Positions 23,233 to 34,614 of a stretch of 35,962 bases of DNA are shown here, piece by piece. The translations under genes were made by a program, and so were the position numbers. This DNA is from Nemertoderma westbladi. Lineage: Eukaryota; Animalia; Xenacoelomorpha. The stretch is taken from NCBI GenBank assembly GCA_032718475.1, contig JAUCBJ010003693.1:1-35962 (forward strand), in the 5' to 3' direction. The notes under the pieces were generated by a model. It had not been told where the DNA came from and did not search any database. It saw only the letters and a program-made list of their open reading frames with translations. The first letter of the stretch is position 1; the number at the start of each line of letters is the position of its first letter.

Positions 23233-26200
23233 ATGGCCTTGGACTCTGGTCAATCCCAAAATGGTAGTGAGTTTAATATTATATCTTATAACAGCAGAGT
23301 TTTCTCCAGCGACAAAGCTGAATTCGCCAAGTTTTTAGCTACCAGTGCTGATATTTTCTGTATTCAAGAACACTTTGTACTTAAGGATAATGCAAATTAC
23401 TTAAAATGGTTGTTTAAGCAGGATTTTAATTGTCATTTTCTACCCGCTTACTATGCTGATAACAATGCAACTGGTCAATCCGGTAGGCCAATTGCAGGTT
23501 TGTGCTTTTTAATTCGGAAATCGATATCAAAATACGTAATTAATATAGAAACTAATAATAGGCGGTTTCAAGCTATTAAACTTTCATTCCCAAATTGTAG
23601 GGATAAGCTTCTGTTTAACTGTTATTTTCCTGTTGATACAAAGCATGTTGATACGGTTTCCGATGAATTTCTAACTATGTGCAATGATATTACAGACATT
23701 ATTAGAGTCTCAGATACAAGTAATGTAATTTTAACGGGAGACTTCAATGCGGACTTTGCACGCCAAACAGCACATGTAAATCTGCTGCGTAACTTAGTTC
23801 GAGATTATAATTTAAATGTGGCATGGGATAAGTATGATGTTGATTACACGTATTTATATGAGACTGATAATACTATCTCAATATCGACATTGGACCATTT
23901 TTTGGTCTCAGATACCGTTTTAGATGCGAGTTTTGAGGCCGGCGTTGTCCATTCCGGTGCCAACCTTTCAGACCATAGCCCGGTATATTTTAAGTTTAAT
24001 GTTAATTTACTTGTTGATAACACGGTTCCGAGAAATGTTCGGGCGAAACCGAATTTCTCTCGTGCTAACAGTGATCAGCAGGATTTATTTAAGCAGACAT
24101 TGAGTAACCGGTTAAGTAGTCTTAATTTGCATTGTAATTCATGCAGTAATGTTTTGTGTGTAAACCCCTTACATATATCTAATATTGATGAGTATGCTAA
24201 TGATATTGTTAATGCTTTAAATGAAGCCGCTGGAGTTTTGCCACAAGCCGGTGGGTCAAATGACCATGCGAATGCAAATTTTACATTACCGGGCTGGAAC
24301 GAACACATTCGGCCTTTCCGTGAAGAAGCCATTTTTTGGCATAGCGTTTGGGTCTCTGCTGGACGTCCGAATGCTTCGGTAGGCAACTTATTCCACATGC
24401 GGCGTTCATCTAGAGCGCAGTACCAGTATGCTGTTCGGCGTTTACAACGCCAGGTGGATACAATAAATAAAGATAAATTGTTACATGCGTGTCTTAACGA
24501 TCCCAGTTCTAATTTATTTTCAATAATTAATAAATTGCATGGTATTAATTCTAATAATTGTAGTTCTAATGTAGATGGGGTTACTGATAATGTTGATATT
24601 GCGAATCATTTTGCTTCGATTTATACGAATTTATTTAACCAGGGTTATGAGTCAGATACTTCATCCATTGAATATAAAATTAATGAAGTGTTACATAATT
24701 ATAGTAGGAATGAACGCGATATTAGTACGCCACACTTAGTATCATTAGCTCTGAATAAGCTAAAGGTTGCTAAATCTGATGTAGAATCCGATTTTAATTC
24801 GGACTGCTTAAAGAATGCTAACTCTGATTTGGCTATACATCTTTCATGTTTATTTAACTCATTTTTGTTGCATGGTTATGTACCATTATTTTTATTGAAA
24901 TTTGCTTTGGTACCTTTAATTAAAGATAAGTTAGGGAGTATTTCAAATTCAGCCAATTACCGTGCTATTGCGATTTCATCACTATTAGTTAAAGTATTCG
25001 AATGGGTAATGTTATTGTCACAAGGTGATGCATTCGATCTTGATGAATTGCAATTTGGCTTTCAGCGTAACTCGAGTACCTCCATGTGTACTTGGGCTGC
25101 TAAGGAAACAATTGCATTTTATCATAGATTTTCCATCCCCGTTTTTGGATGCTTATTAGATTTAACTAAGGCATTTGATATGATTGAATGGAAGTCGTTA
25201 TTCCTAGAACTTTTCAATAAAGGGTTTTCTCCGTTGTTTTTGCGTACATTATTATTTATGTATAATGGTCAATGTTGTTTTGTCAAGTGGGGTTCAACAT
25301 GTTCTAGAACTTTCAGTATTGGGAATGGTGTCAAACAAGGTTCAGTGGCTTCGCCGATTTTGTTTTGTGTTATTATAAACAAATTAATTATTAAACTTAG
25401 AGCCAGTGGCTTTGGTTGTCACATTTCGTCCAGATTTGTAGGTGTGTTCGTATACGCTGACGATATTTTCTTAGTGTGCCCGTCAATTAACCCTATTAGT
25501 ACCGGGCTATAAAATGCTGTACAAATACCGGGGGGGGTCATATTGACCCCCCCCCCCCCCCCTCTAATTCAAAATTTGGTGCTGGCACCAAAAATTGGCA
25601 CCCCCCGAAAAAAACAAGTTTGAAATTTCTAAATAAATTTACATGAATTCCATCCAATTGCTAACACCAAAAAACCGGTGTAAATCAAAAATAGAGATGT
25701 TACAATTAATATTTAATGAAATGTAATTTTCAAAAAACGTCTCAAAAAAAGTGCCAAAAGTAGGGTTAAAAAATGGTGCTATAACTCGAAAACTACTCAA
25801 TATTTTTGAAAACAGTTTTCACTACTAGGAAGACAATCGATTTTTAGGAAAAGTCATAAAATTTCAGATTCCCAACTGCGTTTGTTTCAGAATTATAATA
25901 AAAAACCACGGGGGGGGGGTCATATTGACCCCCCCCCCCGGGTTTAATAGGGTTAAAGGGTTGCAACATATGTTAAATATATGTATCACGTTTGCTGATG
26001 AACTTCATATGTTGTTTAGTACCAACCATGACGCGGTTAAAAGTAAATCTAAGTGCATCCCTTTTGATTTCAGTTGGAATGTCCCAGTAGCTACTGTTCG
26101 TATTCGTAACATTCTTTTACCATGGGTTAAAGAAGCGACACATTTGGGAAACATTTTTGATTTTGAGGGCAAATTCTATAAAGATATTTTAAGTAAAAGA

Positions 26201-26785
26201 GGTAAATTTATAGGTAAATTGAATTGTATTAGACGTGAATTTAGCTTTGCTCATCCACACAGTATCTGTAAAATTCAGCGCATTTTTGCTACAAGTTTCT
26301 ACGGTAGTAATCTATGGGATATTTGGAGTGATAGTTGTCATAAGCTGATTACTAGTTGGAATATTAACTTTCGTTTAACCTGGAAATTATCTTACAATAC
26401 ACACAGATTTTTTGTTGAGGGGCTTTCAGATTTTCCGTATCCTATGACGATGCTATGCAGCCGCTTTGTTAATTTTGCCACATCAATTTCTAATTGCGCA
26501 AAACCTAGTATTCGTTTTCTTGCAAATCTTACATTATACGACTGTAGGTCGATTAGTGGTACGAATCTTAAGCGTATCGCCAATAAATGTAATGTAGCTA
26601 GCTATTCATTGTGTGACAGCGAAAATGTGCAAAAAAATTTCTTGGTTTGTAAATATTCTAATTTACCATATATTAACCTTTGTCGTGAATTGGTCAATTG
26701 TAAACATGGGGAGGACGATTTATTCGTACCAGGTTTCTCCACAGAGGAACTTAATGATATTTTAAATTATATATGTGCTTCGTAA
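23233..26785 (+). CDS. LINE-B ORF2 (APE endonuclease + reverse transcriptase), interrupted only by the MITE at 25491-25952
   Basis: SYN, IQEH, NCYFP, GDFN, LDHF, SDH; QFGF, LDLTKAFD, GVKQGS, YADD. Removing the MITE plus one TTAA gives ...YADDIFLVCPSIKGLQHMLNIC... and a continuous 1028-codon ORF. Confidence 0.95.
25491..25952. mobile_element. piggyBac-type MITE (462 bp) with TTAA target-site duplication
   Basis: TTAA (25487-25490)|CCCTATTAGTACCGGG ... CCCGGGTTTAATAGGG|TTAA (25953-25956); two subterminal palindromes G(n)TCATATTGAC(n) at ~25530 and ~25911. Confidence 0.95.
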
Positions 26786-27419
26786 CCTTTAGAAATAATA
26801 CCGAAATTATAATTTAAATAGGATTTTTCAATTTTTCATATGTGATACGACGATTGTAAATGTATATCGATTTGATCTAATTTGTAATTATTGTAAACAC
26901 TTTGTAATTATTTACTAGTTGAACTAGGCGATCGTTATATTGATATTTAGTTGTACTATGTAATTAGCATTATATATATATTCAATATTGTACTACAGTA
27001 GTTAGTTAGGCTCATATTCATATTCTTGTGCATTTCCACTATGTATGCTGCACTATTAGTTGATGTAATGCAATTTAATATGTACAAAATAAATAAATAA
27101 ATAAATAAATAAGTCAAACAGTACCACAACTTAGGAAAGGAAAGGAATTTCCAGTAGGAATATATAATCGGATACTGGTAGAACTGGTGCTGGTGGTACG
27201 GTACATCCAGGTAGACGATACGGTAGAGCCTACTACTGTATGTAATCTCCCACCACCTATATATACACATATAAACTCCATTATACTCCATGCCCTTCTC
27301 ACTTTTAGTTCACTTCTAGTTAAGTATTTTATCCGAGATTTTTAAGTATTTCACAAAAGTTAACAATTTAAAAACCTCCAATTCTTCAATTCAATAAGGT
27401 AGCTAGCTTTGACATCTTG

Positions 27420-27700
27420 GAGTAGGATGAACAAACAGTTCCTTTCTTGTCCCAATTTCCTGTATTACAGTTTTGAATCCGAACCCCTGTCCTTGCCAGT
27501 AACACATCCAACTGAAGAGCTCCTCGATTATGAAGCTTTGTAGCACGCTCCCAGACTTGCAACACTTGAAACTTCTGTCTGCTGCATTCAGGTCATCTTC
27601 CAGTATCCTTTTGTAATACACTTTTGGTAGAAACTTTCTTGTAGGGTGTCCAGTCTACTGTCCATATCTACATTGTGAACGACTGATTCCATATTTGCCC
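27420..27700 (-). pseudogene. Probable Gypsy-type integrase C-terminal fragment
   Basis: One minus frame reads KLHNRGALQLDVLLARTGVRIQNCNTGNWDKKGTV, resembling the VRIQ...W...G.V tail of Gypsy integrases; frameshifted. Confidence 0.45.
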
Positions 27701-27719
27701 TTTCCATAAAGATTTAAAT

Positions 27720-28700
27720 TATATTCAATTATTAACTTTTGCTATAGGTAAATATGTATAACAATACTGTAACTTGCACAAAAGTTAACAATCATTAACA
27801 TCCATCACCAGAGAATGTGGTCAGTACCGATCTGCAAGGTTGAAACCCCTCAGACTGCACCCCTCTCCAAACCCAAGAGCCGAACAGCGAGTTCGAGCGA
27901 AGTAGCGTGAACTGCAGGTGCCTCTGGACACTGCCTAGAATGCAGGCAAGGTGGCATTCGCACTTCCCCTGCTGCTGAGCCACAAGGGTCTCAGTGAGGT
28001 GGTGGATTAGGATATCCAGCCTCCTTGCACCACATACCATCATTGGTGGTTCTGACGAGGGGAGTGAAGGAGATCCTTCGATCCTCGCACACTGTGCTGT
28101 AGTGGACCTGCTTTGCAAAAACTCGCTGCTCTAGGACAGTGTCCATGCACTGGGTAACCTATGAGGGAGCATCGGCGTTTACAACTGCAATGTCGAATGA
28201 CGCCTCCCTCTGTTTGGCCCATACTCCCCTTTCAAGCAGGTCTGCCCTCATCCCTCCTCCCTCATGACCACTTCTGTCCAGGTAGCCAGTGCACAGCATA
28301 ACCTCATGCTGTACACATGACCCTCCGAAAGCAGAGGCAATAAGGCAATAAGACATCCCTCCTTAGCATGAACCCTCTACATCAAGGGGTCCCAAATCCC
28401 TATTTGGACAGGAGGAGAAAACCAACTCCTTGTTGACTGTTCCAGGAGAAGTCCCAAAGAGAGCTGGAATGAAACTGGTCACTAGTTCTGAGCGGATCGG
28501 CACTATATCCTCTTCCTTAGTATCTTCTTAGTATCAAGACCACACAGAGAAGGAAGTCTCACTCCGCCTGGATGCAGCAGGTCATAACAGTCTGTGCGGT
28601 CTGAGGGTACTCCAACGCTACCTCTGATACACATCCAATACTGTGCACCCACCCCATGACTTTCTCGGGTACATGTTCCCGAAGACCCTGGGAGAACTGG
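27720..28700 (-). mobile_element. Decayed CRE-like non-LTR retrotransposon 3' region
   Basis: GMRADLLERGVWAKQREASFDIAVVNADAPS (RLE motif) plus other frameshifted pieces. Confidence 0.7.
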
Positions 28701-28702
28701 CA

Positions 28703-29285
28703 CCACTCACATAGGACCAGATGTCTGGGAAATACTAAATGAGATTGGGTCAACAGTGATCGGATCATAAAAGGGAGAACCACACGCTGAGATAGAACCC
28801 GAGACTCTCCCAGAGACAGAACCACTCACTGAAACAGAACTGGCACCACTCACAGAGGCAGAAACAGATGTCTGGGGAATACTAACTGAGATCGGGTTGA
28901 CAGTGATCGGATCATAAAATGGAGAACCACATGCTGATATAGAACTAGAACCACTCACTGAATCAGAACCCGCACCACTCACTGAAACATAACCGGTACC
29001 ACTCACAGAGGCAGAACCTGGGGGATACTAACTGCGATCGGGTCGAGAGTGATTGGATCATAAAACGGAGAACCAATGCTGAGATAGAACCAGAATCACT
29101 CACAGAACCAGAGCCACTCACTGAAACAGAAATTGTACCACTCATAGAGGCAGAACCAGATGTCTGGGGAATACTAACTGAGAACCGCTCAATAGTGATC
29201 AGATCATAAAATGGAGAACCACATGCTGAGATAGAACCAGAACCACTCACTGGGACAGATGCGGAACCACTTACAGAGGCAGAAT
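28703..29285 (-). repeat. ~147-bp tandem repeat, 4 copies, reading as a Ser/Gly/Val-rich ~49-aa unit on the minus strand
   Basis: GATCATAAAA anchors at 28763, 28910, 29056 and 29202; repeated peptide SISACGSPFYDPITV.PIS.SIPQTS. Confidence 0.9.
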
Positions 29286-30480
29286 TTTGTGACTATGAAG
29301 TATTTACAATAATCGGATGGAGAGTACTTTGCTTAGCAAAGTATTTATTAAAAATTTCAGCTTTATCCAGCATAGCCTTACTGCAGACATCGTCATCAGT
29401 TATTAAAAAAGATATGTTGGTTACTTTTCATCTACCTAAAATATTTTTTGCATAACTATACCAAGTTTTTTGACATACATTCGGTGAGCTATTGAGATTT
29501 GTGTGTGTCTTTTGTGGTGTTTATTTTTTGCTACTCTGACTGTCTCAGTAACAATGTTATGAAACCCCGCGGTGCCAAGAGCCTTCTTGTGTATGTTCTC
29601 TCATTGGTGGAGTAGTTTACGGATATCTGCAGTAAGCCATGTAGGGTCAGTGGCTCTACACTTAATAATTTTATTCGGTATAAAGAGTTTCATACCCTCA
29701 CTCATTGTCTCAGTTAGCTTCTCAGCTAAGATTGACGGATCAGTGGCTGTAGTGTCGTGCAGAAATGGATTCAAATTGTTCAAGATTAAGTTCCTAAAAC
29801 CAACCCAGTTTGCTCTGGAATACTGGTAAATGGTGCGGCTATATAAGGAAGAATATATATATAGAAGGCTGAAATCAGTGTCAATATCAATAAAAGTAGG
29901 CTGGTGGTCAGAAATACAATCGCCACTTTTATAAGTTAGCAATGGATGGGCGCCGAAGTTTAATACTAGAGACTTCGGAAATGCGAAAACCAAATCAAGA
30001 CAGGAATCTGATTCTGGTCTGGTAATGTCCGAGATGAGATGTTCCAGCCTTGTGGTTGCATTGCAGAAATACACTTAATAACATACGGTGTACGGTAACA
30101 ATTGGTGTTAAAATCACCGAAAAGAAATAATGCATCATATTTATTGGCAGATGTAATGCTACTCAGTTTATCTGATAAGTCACCCCAGTACATGGCCGAT
30201 GGAGATGGTGAGATGTATGCGCAGGCGAGAAGAAATTTTAGACCTTTAATAAAAATCTCAATGAAAATTATCTCGTTAGAATCCTCGAAATTAATTTCTT
30301 CTGTGTGGAATATTATTTTTAATTAATAGCCCGACACCGCCATAGCCGTCTGAGCGAGGTTTCCCATAAAAAAATATAACCTTGATCATTCAAAATAGAA
30401 CGATTATCACTAATTGTTTTAGCCGTGAGCCAAATTTCCCATTATCTGTGCTGAGTCGCATATAAAAACCGAAATTTTGA
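29286..30480 (-). mobile_element. CR1-like LINE fragment (endonuclease and linker)
   Basis: LFGDFN, SCLDLVF, SDHQP, YQYSRANW, WLTADIRKLL and KAEIFNKYFAKQS in shifting minus frames. Confidence 0.85.
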
Positions 30481-31044
30481 CACCAATTTAATATGTTTAA
30501 TCACTGTGGATGTGGAAACACCACCATGGCCACAATTATGTACTTCCTTCCATCCATCATGGTAATTTTTTGGTTGCACTAAAATAATATCTTCCTATAT
30601 ATGAGAATAAATCTGCTCCATTGACTCTCCTGATATTGTAGGGCATTCATCATGAATTCATGGTTTTCTCTTTGGCTTTCTTTATATTTTTCACATTGGT
30701 CACACACAACCTTTAATTAAATTAGCATTATTTAATATTTCTTAATATTAATATTATTTAAAATTTTAATAATTAACATTATTACCATGCCTGGCCAAAA
30801 TACACATTGCCGAGATCTACTCTTCTCCTTGGTGAGCTCTGTGTAGCAGCTACTTTGCATTTCAATATGTAATCAATACCATCTCAATATTGTCTTTTGA
30901 ACTATAAGTCACTGTTTCCTGATTGTCTGATTGAACATTATTATTATTTATAGTTAATTTCGTTTATAAATATTATTGATAACTTTATATTTTAAAATAA
31001 AATGAAAGACTCCTTGTTCAATTCACTTCAATCCATATTGGTAG

Positions 31045-31204
31045 GGCTTAATGTTATGAAAATCGACTGTCATGGGCATATATGCAATGGATACCCAAAA
31101 GCTACTGCTGATGAATTCCCTGGAGCTCCTGATCAAATATTAGCTGCATACTGCAGCAAGTCATCTCACGTTCTTGATGCAAATGGCCAGGCCAAAGGAA
31201 GAAA
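31045..31204 (+). CDS. Hemopexin-like copy 2, exon b (LNVMKIDCHGHICNGYPKATADEFPGAPDQILAAYCSKSSHVLDANGQAKGR)
   Basis: GTAG| acceptor and |GTTAGT donor; 160 nt; aligns without gaps to 11660-11819. Confidence 0.92.
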
Positions 31205-31789
31205 GTTAGTTTTACACTGTATTCACATTTTAATATATATAATATCAGCTATTCATTTTGTTTCATTCTATGTGACATAATATCCATAATGTGATGAACT
31301 CCACTTTTAAGCTCAACTTTTTTTTTATTTTATAAATTACATGCTAAACCTAAACCTTGGTGCTCCCACCCAACTCTTATGGCTATGTGATGTTTATTAT
31401 CGGTTGTAATAATTATCAGTAGTATTTTATGCAACAAGATTTGCTTATTACAACAAGGTTTATGACAGGATGATAATAAATGCATGTAGTGCTGCAAAGG
31501 AGCAATTAAATTTTGGAAACAATTGGTTTCGGGGTTATATTGTAAATTATCGAGTCATGAAAAATATCGCGAGTAATAATGTTGTGAGTAAAAATATCGA
31601 TAATATTACGAGTTGTTAGCGGATCCATTCCGCTATGCATTTCCAACCATAAAATGGGGGGGGGGGGGGGGGGGGATTTACCATGTTGGCTATTAAGGTA
31701 TCCAATAGGGCATACCAGCAAAGGGATCATGCAAAGGGCAGTATATTTTCCTCTTTATATATTATTAACGGTCACTTGTATTTTAATTC

Positions 31790-32073
31790 AGTTGGCATTT
31801 ATTCATATTGGATGATGAACAGTTTTCACCATCAGCCGTAACTAATACTGATTGTGCTGCGATCATTTTACCGGTAACTATATTCTGACCTATTATATAT
31901 TAACGATAATCAAACTCAGAAACTCTTATTTTACGGAGCCTTCGGCCGTCAGTATTCCCTAATGCGGCGACGCGTGGTTAACATCATAAGGTCAATCTGG
32001 TCGGGATCCCTTGCCAACCACGATCCCGTCACAGTGAAAACTGTTCATCGTCCAACATGAATAAATGCCAACT
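31790..32073. mobile_element. MITE-like element with ~40-bp inverted repeats
   Basis: AGTTGGCATTTATTCATATTGGATGATGAACAGTTTTCAC / GTGAAAACTGTTCATCGTCCAACATGAATAAATGCCAACT. Confidence 0.8.
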
Positions 32074-32089
32074 CCAGAGGATGTATAGT

Positions 32090-32300
32090 AACAAGATTAT
32101 TACTTAGAAACTGACGCAGGCGGAGTGCCTAAAATATATACAAGTCTATACTGGGGGGCGAGCTTATGACATCGTAAGGCAATATCAGGGAATAGAAGGA
32201 GGCTTTAGGGCTAGGGCTGCCTGGAAAGTGCTGGATAGAGAGTTCGGCCATCCAGCCAAATTTATCCGACAAACCTTAAGCGGAATAACATCGGGTGGAC
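32090..32300 (+). pseudogene. Possible BEL/Pao gag fragment
   Basis: GFRARAAWKVLDREFGHPAKFIRQTLSGI resembles the AW..L...FG.P motif of Pao gag; short and decayed. Confidence 0.3.
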
Positions 32301-32319
32301 TTCAGCTTCTTATCCGCGA

Positions 32320-33497
32320 CTCATATTGCAGCTGAAACTACACTCGCTTAATATTGATGACATTCGTTATTGTGAGAATAAGGGATATTACATTACCTTC
32401 AATCCTTGTAAACAGAAAGGAACTCACGAAGAATTCATGATACCAAAGAACCTTGCCAATGCATCAGAATGCTTCGCTCCTCATGTAAATGCCTTCATCG
32501 AATCCCCTTCGCACTGCTGGAATAATCTCGGGATCACTCCCGTTGAATTGGATGGAAGTTTATACTTTTTGTGAGTATCGGTGACCTTTCATTGATTAAA
32601 TCTTCCTCCTTTATTACCGAATGGGAATCAAAATGATCAAATAATAATTTTCCATCAGTTGATTCCCGAATATGTATCCAACCATTTAAATTTCGGTAAC
32701 ATATTCTTCTTCTATCAGCCAATACTTTTGCATCATATAGATATAGCGATGGATTGGTATTAATTTTATCTTCTGTAAGAATCTTCTTCCCACTGGCAGC
32801 ATCACAAATCAATAACTTATTGTCGATGTAGTAAACTAGAATCTTTTTTCCATCACCAGATAACTGAATTCCATATGTTAACTGGGTCTCGTAATCCTCC
32901 AGTAACTTTATCGATAATGTTTCATCTGTTTCATCTCCTGTTCTATTCATTGAGTTGCTGAGATCGAAATAAAGTTTATTTTCTGCAAACAATAATATAA
33001 ACTATACAGAGAGGGAGAGGGATATGATTCGGGGGTGTAACAAAGGTGGTGGTTATACAAAGCAGCCAATGAGGATTAACTACAGTATATCTACAACCCT
33101 ATTCCATGTGATGTTGCGACTATTCTTGGTCTGGAAAATCCGAAGAGGTATATGTGCCACGTGACACAGATAAGCGCTGCTACGAAGTTGGCTGAGGCAG
33201 GAGCCGGTTTGGGTGAGTTGCGTCGGTTCTTTGGATGGAATTTCGTTTGACAAAACTCCCAACGGATATATTCAGCGACATAAACAAATGGCCACACTGA
33301 TGTGCACGGTAGATGAGAAAGAGAACCAACCGCCATTCTCCGACTAAGAGGAGAGTGCATCAGCATCGGAGGTCATAGTAGCGATGGAAAATGTGTCGCC
33401 AGATATTCAGTCTTACTTGCAGTTGGCAGTTAAGACCGATTATAGAAAGACTTTTAATATAACTGCCGAGAATGGGGCCGTTTTAAACTTTTTCTAA
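32320..33497 (+). pseudogene. Crypton-like tyrosine recombinase pseudogene, split by an insert at ~32566-33027
   Basis: LHSLNIDDI...KQKG...FMIP...DGSLY, then RGCNKGGGYTKQPM...IPCDVATILGLENPKRYMCHVTQISAATKLAEAGAGLGELRRFFGW...TPNGYIQ...GAVLNFF*. This matches the YR H-x-x-R / GW / Y region with a decayed H-x-x-R. Confidence 0.75.
32566..32982 (-). pseudogene. Captured WD40/beta-propeller-like exon fragment, antisense to the recombinase
   Basis: IQLSGDGKKILVYYIDNKLLICDAASGKKI and VLADRRRICYRNLNGWIHIRESTDGKLL form two WD-like repeats; minus-strand acceptor TTGTTTGCAG| at 32983. Confidence 0.6.
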
Positions 33498-34396
33498 ATA
33501 AATTACCGGTACGGCAATTCAAGAACAAATTATTTTACTTTTTTTTATTTCAATTTCAGAATATTTTTCAAGTTGCGTTAGTTATATGTATTTATTTGAG
33601 ATTCCGTATTAAAATATAGTAATGTTGTAGTAGTGTTGTTTTTTCCACTCGTTGGCATTTTAACCTGCAAAACCTGCCAACTCTTGTAAAACTCCACCAC
33701 TCTGACAGAATAGTTTAATTTTGCTAAACTGAAAATGAGTGAAAAAAAAGTGGTGTTTTCCACTCATTTTTATTTTATCGAAAAATAGTTATTATTTTAT
33801 AGCTATAGATTTTGTAAAAAGACTAGCTACCATAAAAAAAATTTTTACTCTCGATATCTTTACTCTTGAAATTTTTGCTCTTGACATTTTTTTATCGTGA
33901 TATTTATTAACACTGGATATTTTTACTCGCATTACTCTTGATATTTTTCAAGTCTCAACATTTTTCACCAATACCAACATAGCTCATAGGCTCTCAATTT
34001 CGCCTTAGTATTGATAAACAATAAATGTATATGTTTTATGTGTTATGGAGGGAATGGGGTGGGTACGAAAAGAAAAGAGAGCTCAAATTGGGAAAGTGTA
34101 TACAAATAACAAGTGGAATTCGTTGATTGTTTTGTTTATAAACATTGCCACTGTAACCTGTCCATTTCCCTTTAATAATTTGACTTTTATTTTATTTTTA
34201 TAGTTTTTCTCTTGTCCATATTTCTGCCGTACTTGTATTTGATGCCATATAAATTAGGCGCTAAAAACATACATGATTCTTAGTTAGAATTATAGCTGTT
34301 TTCAGGCAAATATTTAAAATTTAGTCTCAATTGCTAATTAGGCTTTAGTCATAAATTGCTTATTAGACATAAATATATTATATTTTGCATCAATAG

Positions 34397-34614
34397 CCTT
34401 ATACATCTTGCTGGAAAAGAAGGCTGTCGGAAAATGTATGATTCAAAGAAAAATATGATAGGCAGTGATGATCTTCAAGATATATTTGAACCAATCGGTC
34501 TGGATGCCAAAAACATCCGGGCTGTTGCCTATAACCATGACAAATCAACTGTGCTGTATGAAGATCACAAAATCAGGCCTAATATTGTAAATGTCTGCAT
34601 CAGATCACAAGAAG
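34397..34614 (+). CDS. Hemopexin-like copy 2, exon c (LIHLAGKEGCRKMYDSKK...NIRAVAYNHD...NVCIRSQE)
   Basis: ATAG| acceptor and AG|GTAATC donor; phases 2/1; paralogous to 12819-13030. Confidence 0.92.

Larger units (their letters stand above)
21700..27112 (+). mobile_element. LINE-B: near full-length APE-type non-LTR retrotransposon (5' boundary approximate)
   Basis: ORF1 + ORF2 + 3' UTR + (TAAA)n tail at ~27087-27112. Confidence 0.93.
31525..33975. mobile_element. Composite element bounded by degenerate long TIRs containing short subrepeats
   Basis: Left GGTTTCGGGG...GAGTCATGAAAAATATCGCGAGTAAT...GAGTAAAAATATC matches the reverse complement of the right end GGTATTGGTG...GAGACTTGAAAAATATCAAGAGTAATGCGAGTAAAAATATC; no clear TSD. 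Confidence 0.55.

Noticed and set aside
5948-26785. Reverse transcriptases as retron, DGR or group II intron systems
   Set aside because: LINE-A and LINE-B RTs follow an APE endonuclease and end in simple-repeat tails, and the partial RTs carry LINE-type C-termini; these are ordinary non-LTR retrotransposons.
27114-27302. Minus-strand short ORFs (WWEITYSSRL... / GGGRLHTVV...)
   Set aside because: No recognisable motif, and the coding frame, if any, cannot be chosen.
8069-31675. Long poly-C/poly-G runs (~8070, ~10290, ~25550, ~31660) as functional G-quadruplexes
   Set aside because: Homopolymers inside repeats; lengths are unreliable in assemblies and there is no other support.
32534-32992. 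WD40 ORF as a viral or bacterial horizontal transfer
   Set aside because: It begins at a canonical splice acceptor and lacks a real start codon; a captured eukaryotic exon is simpler, though untested.
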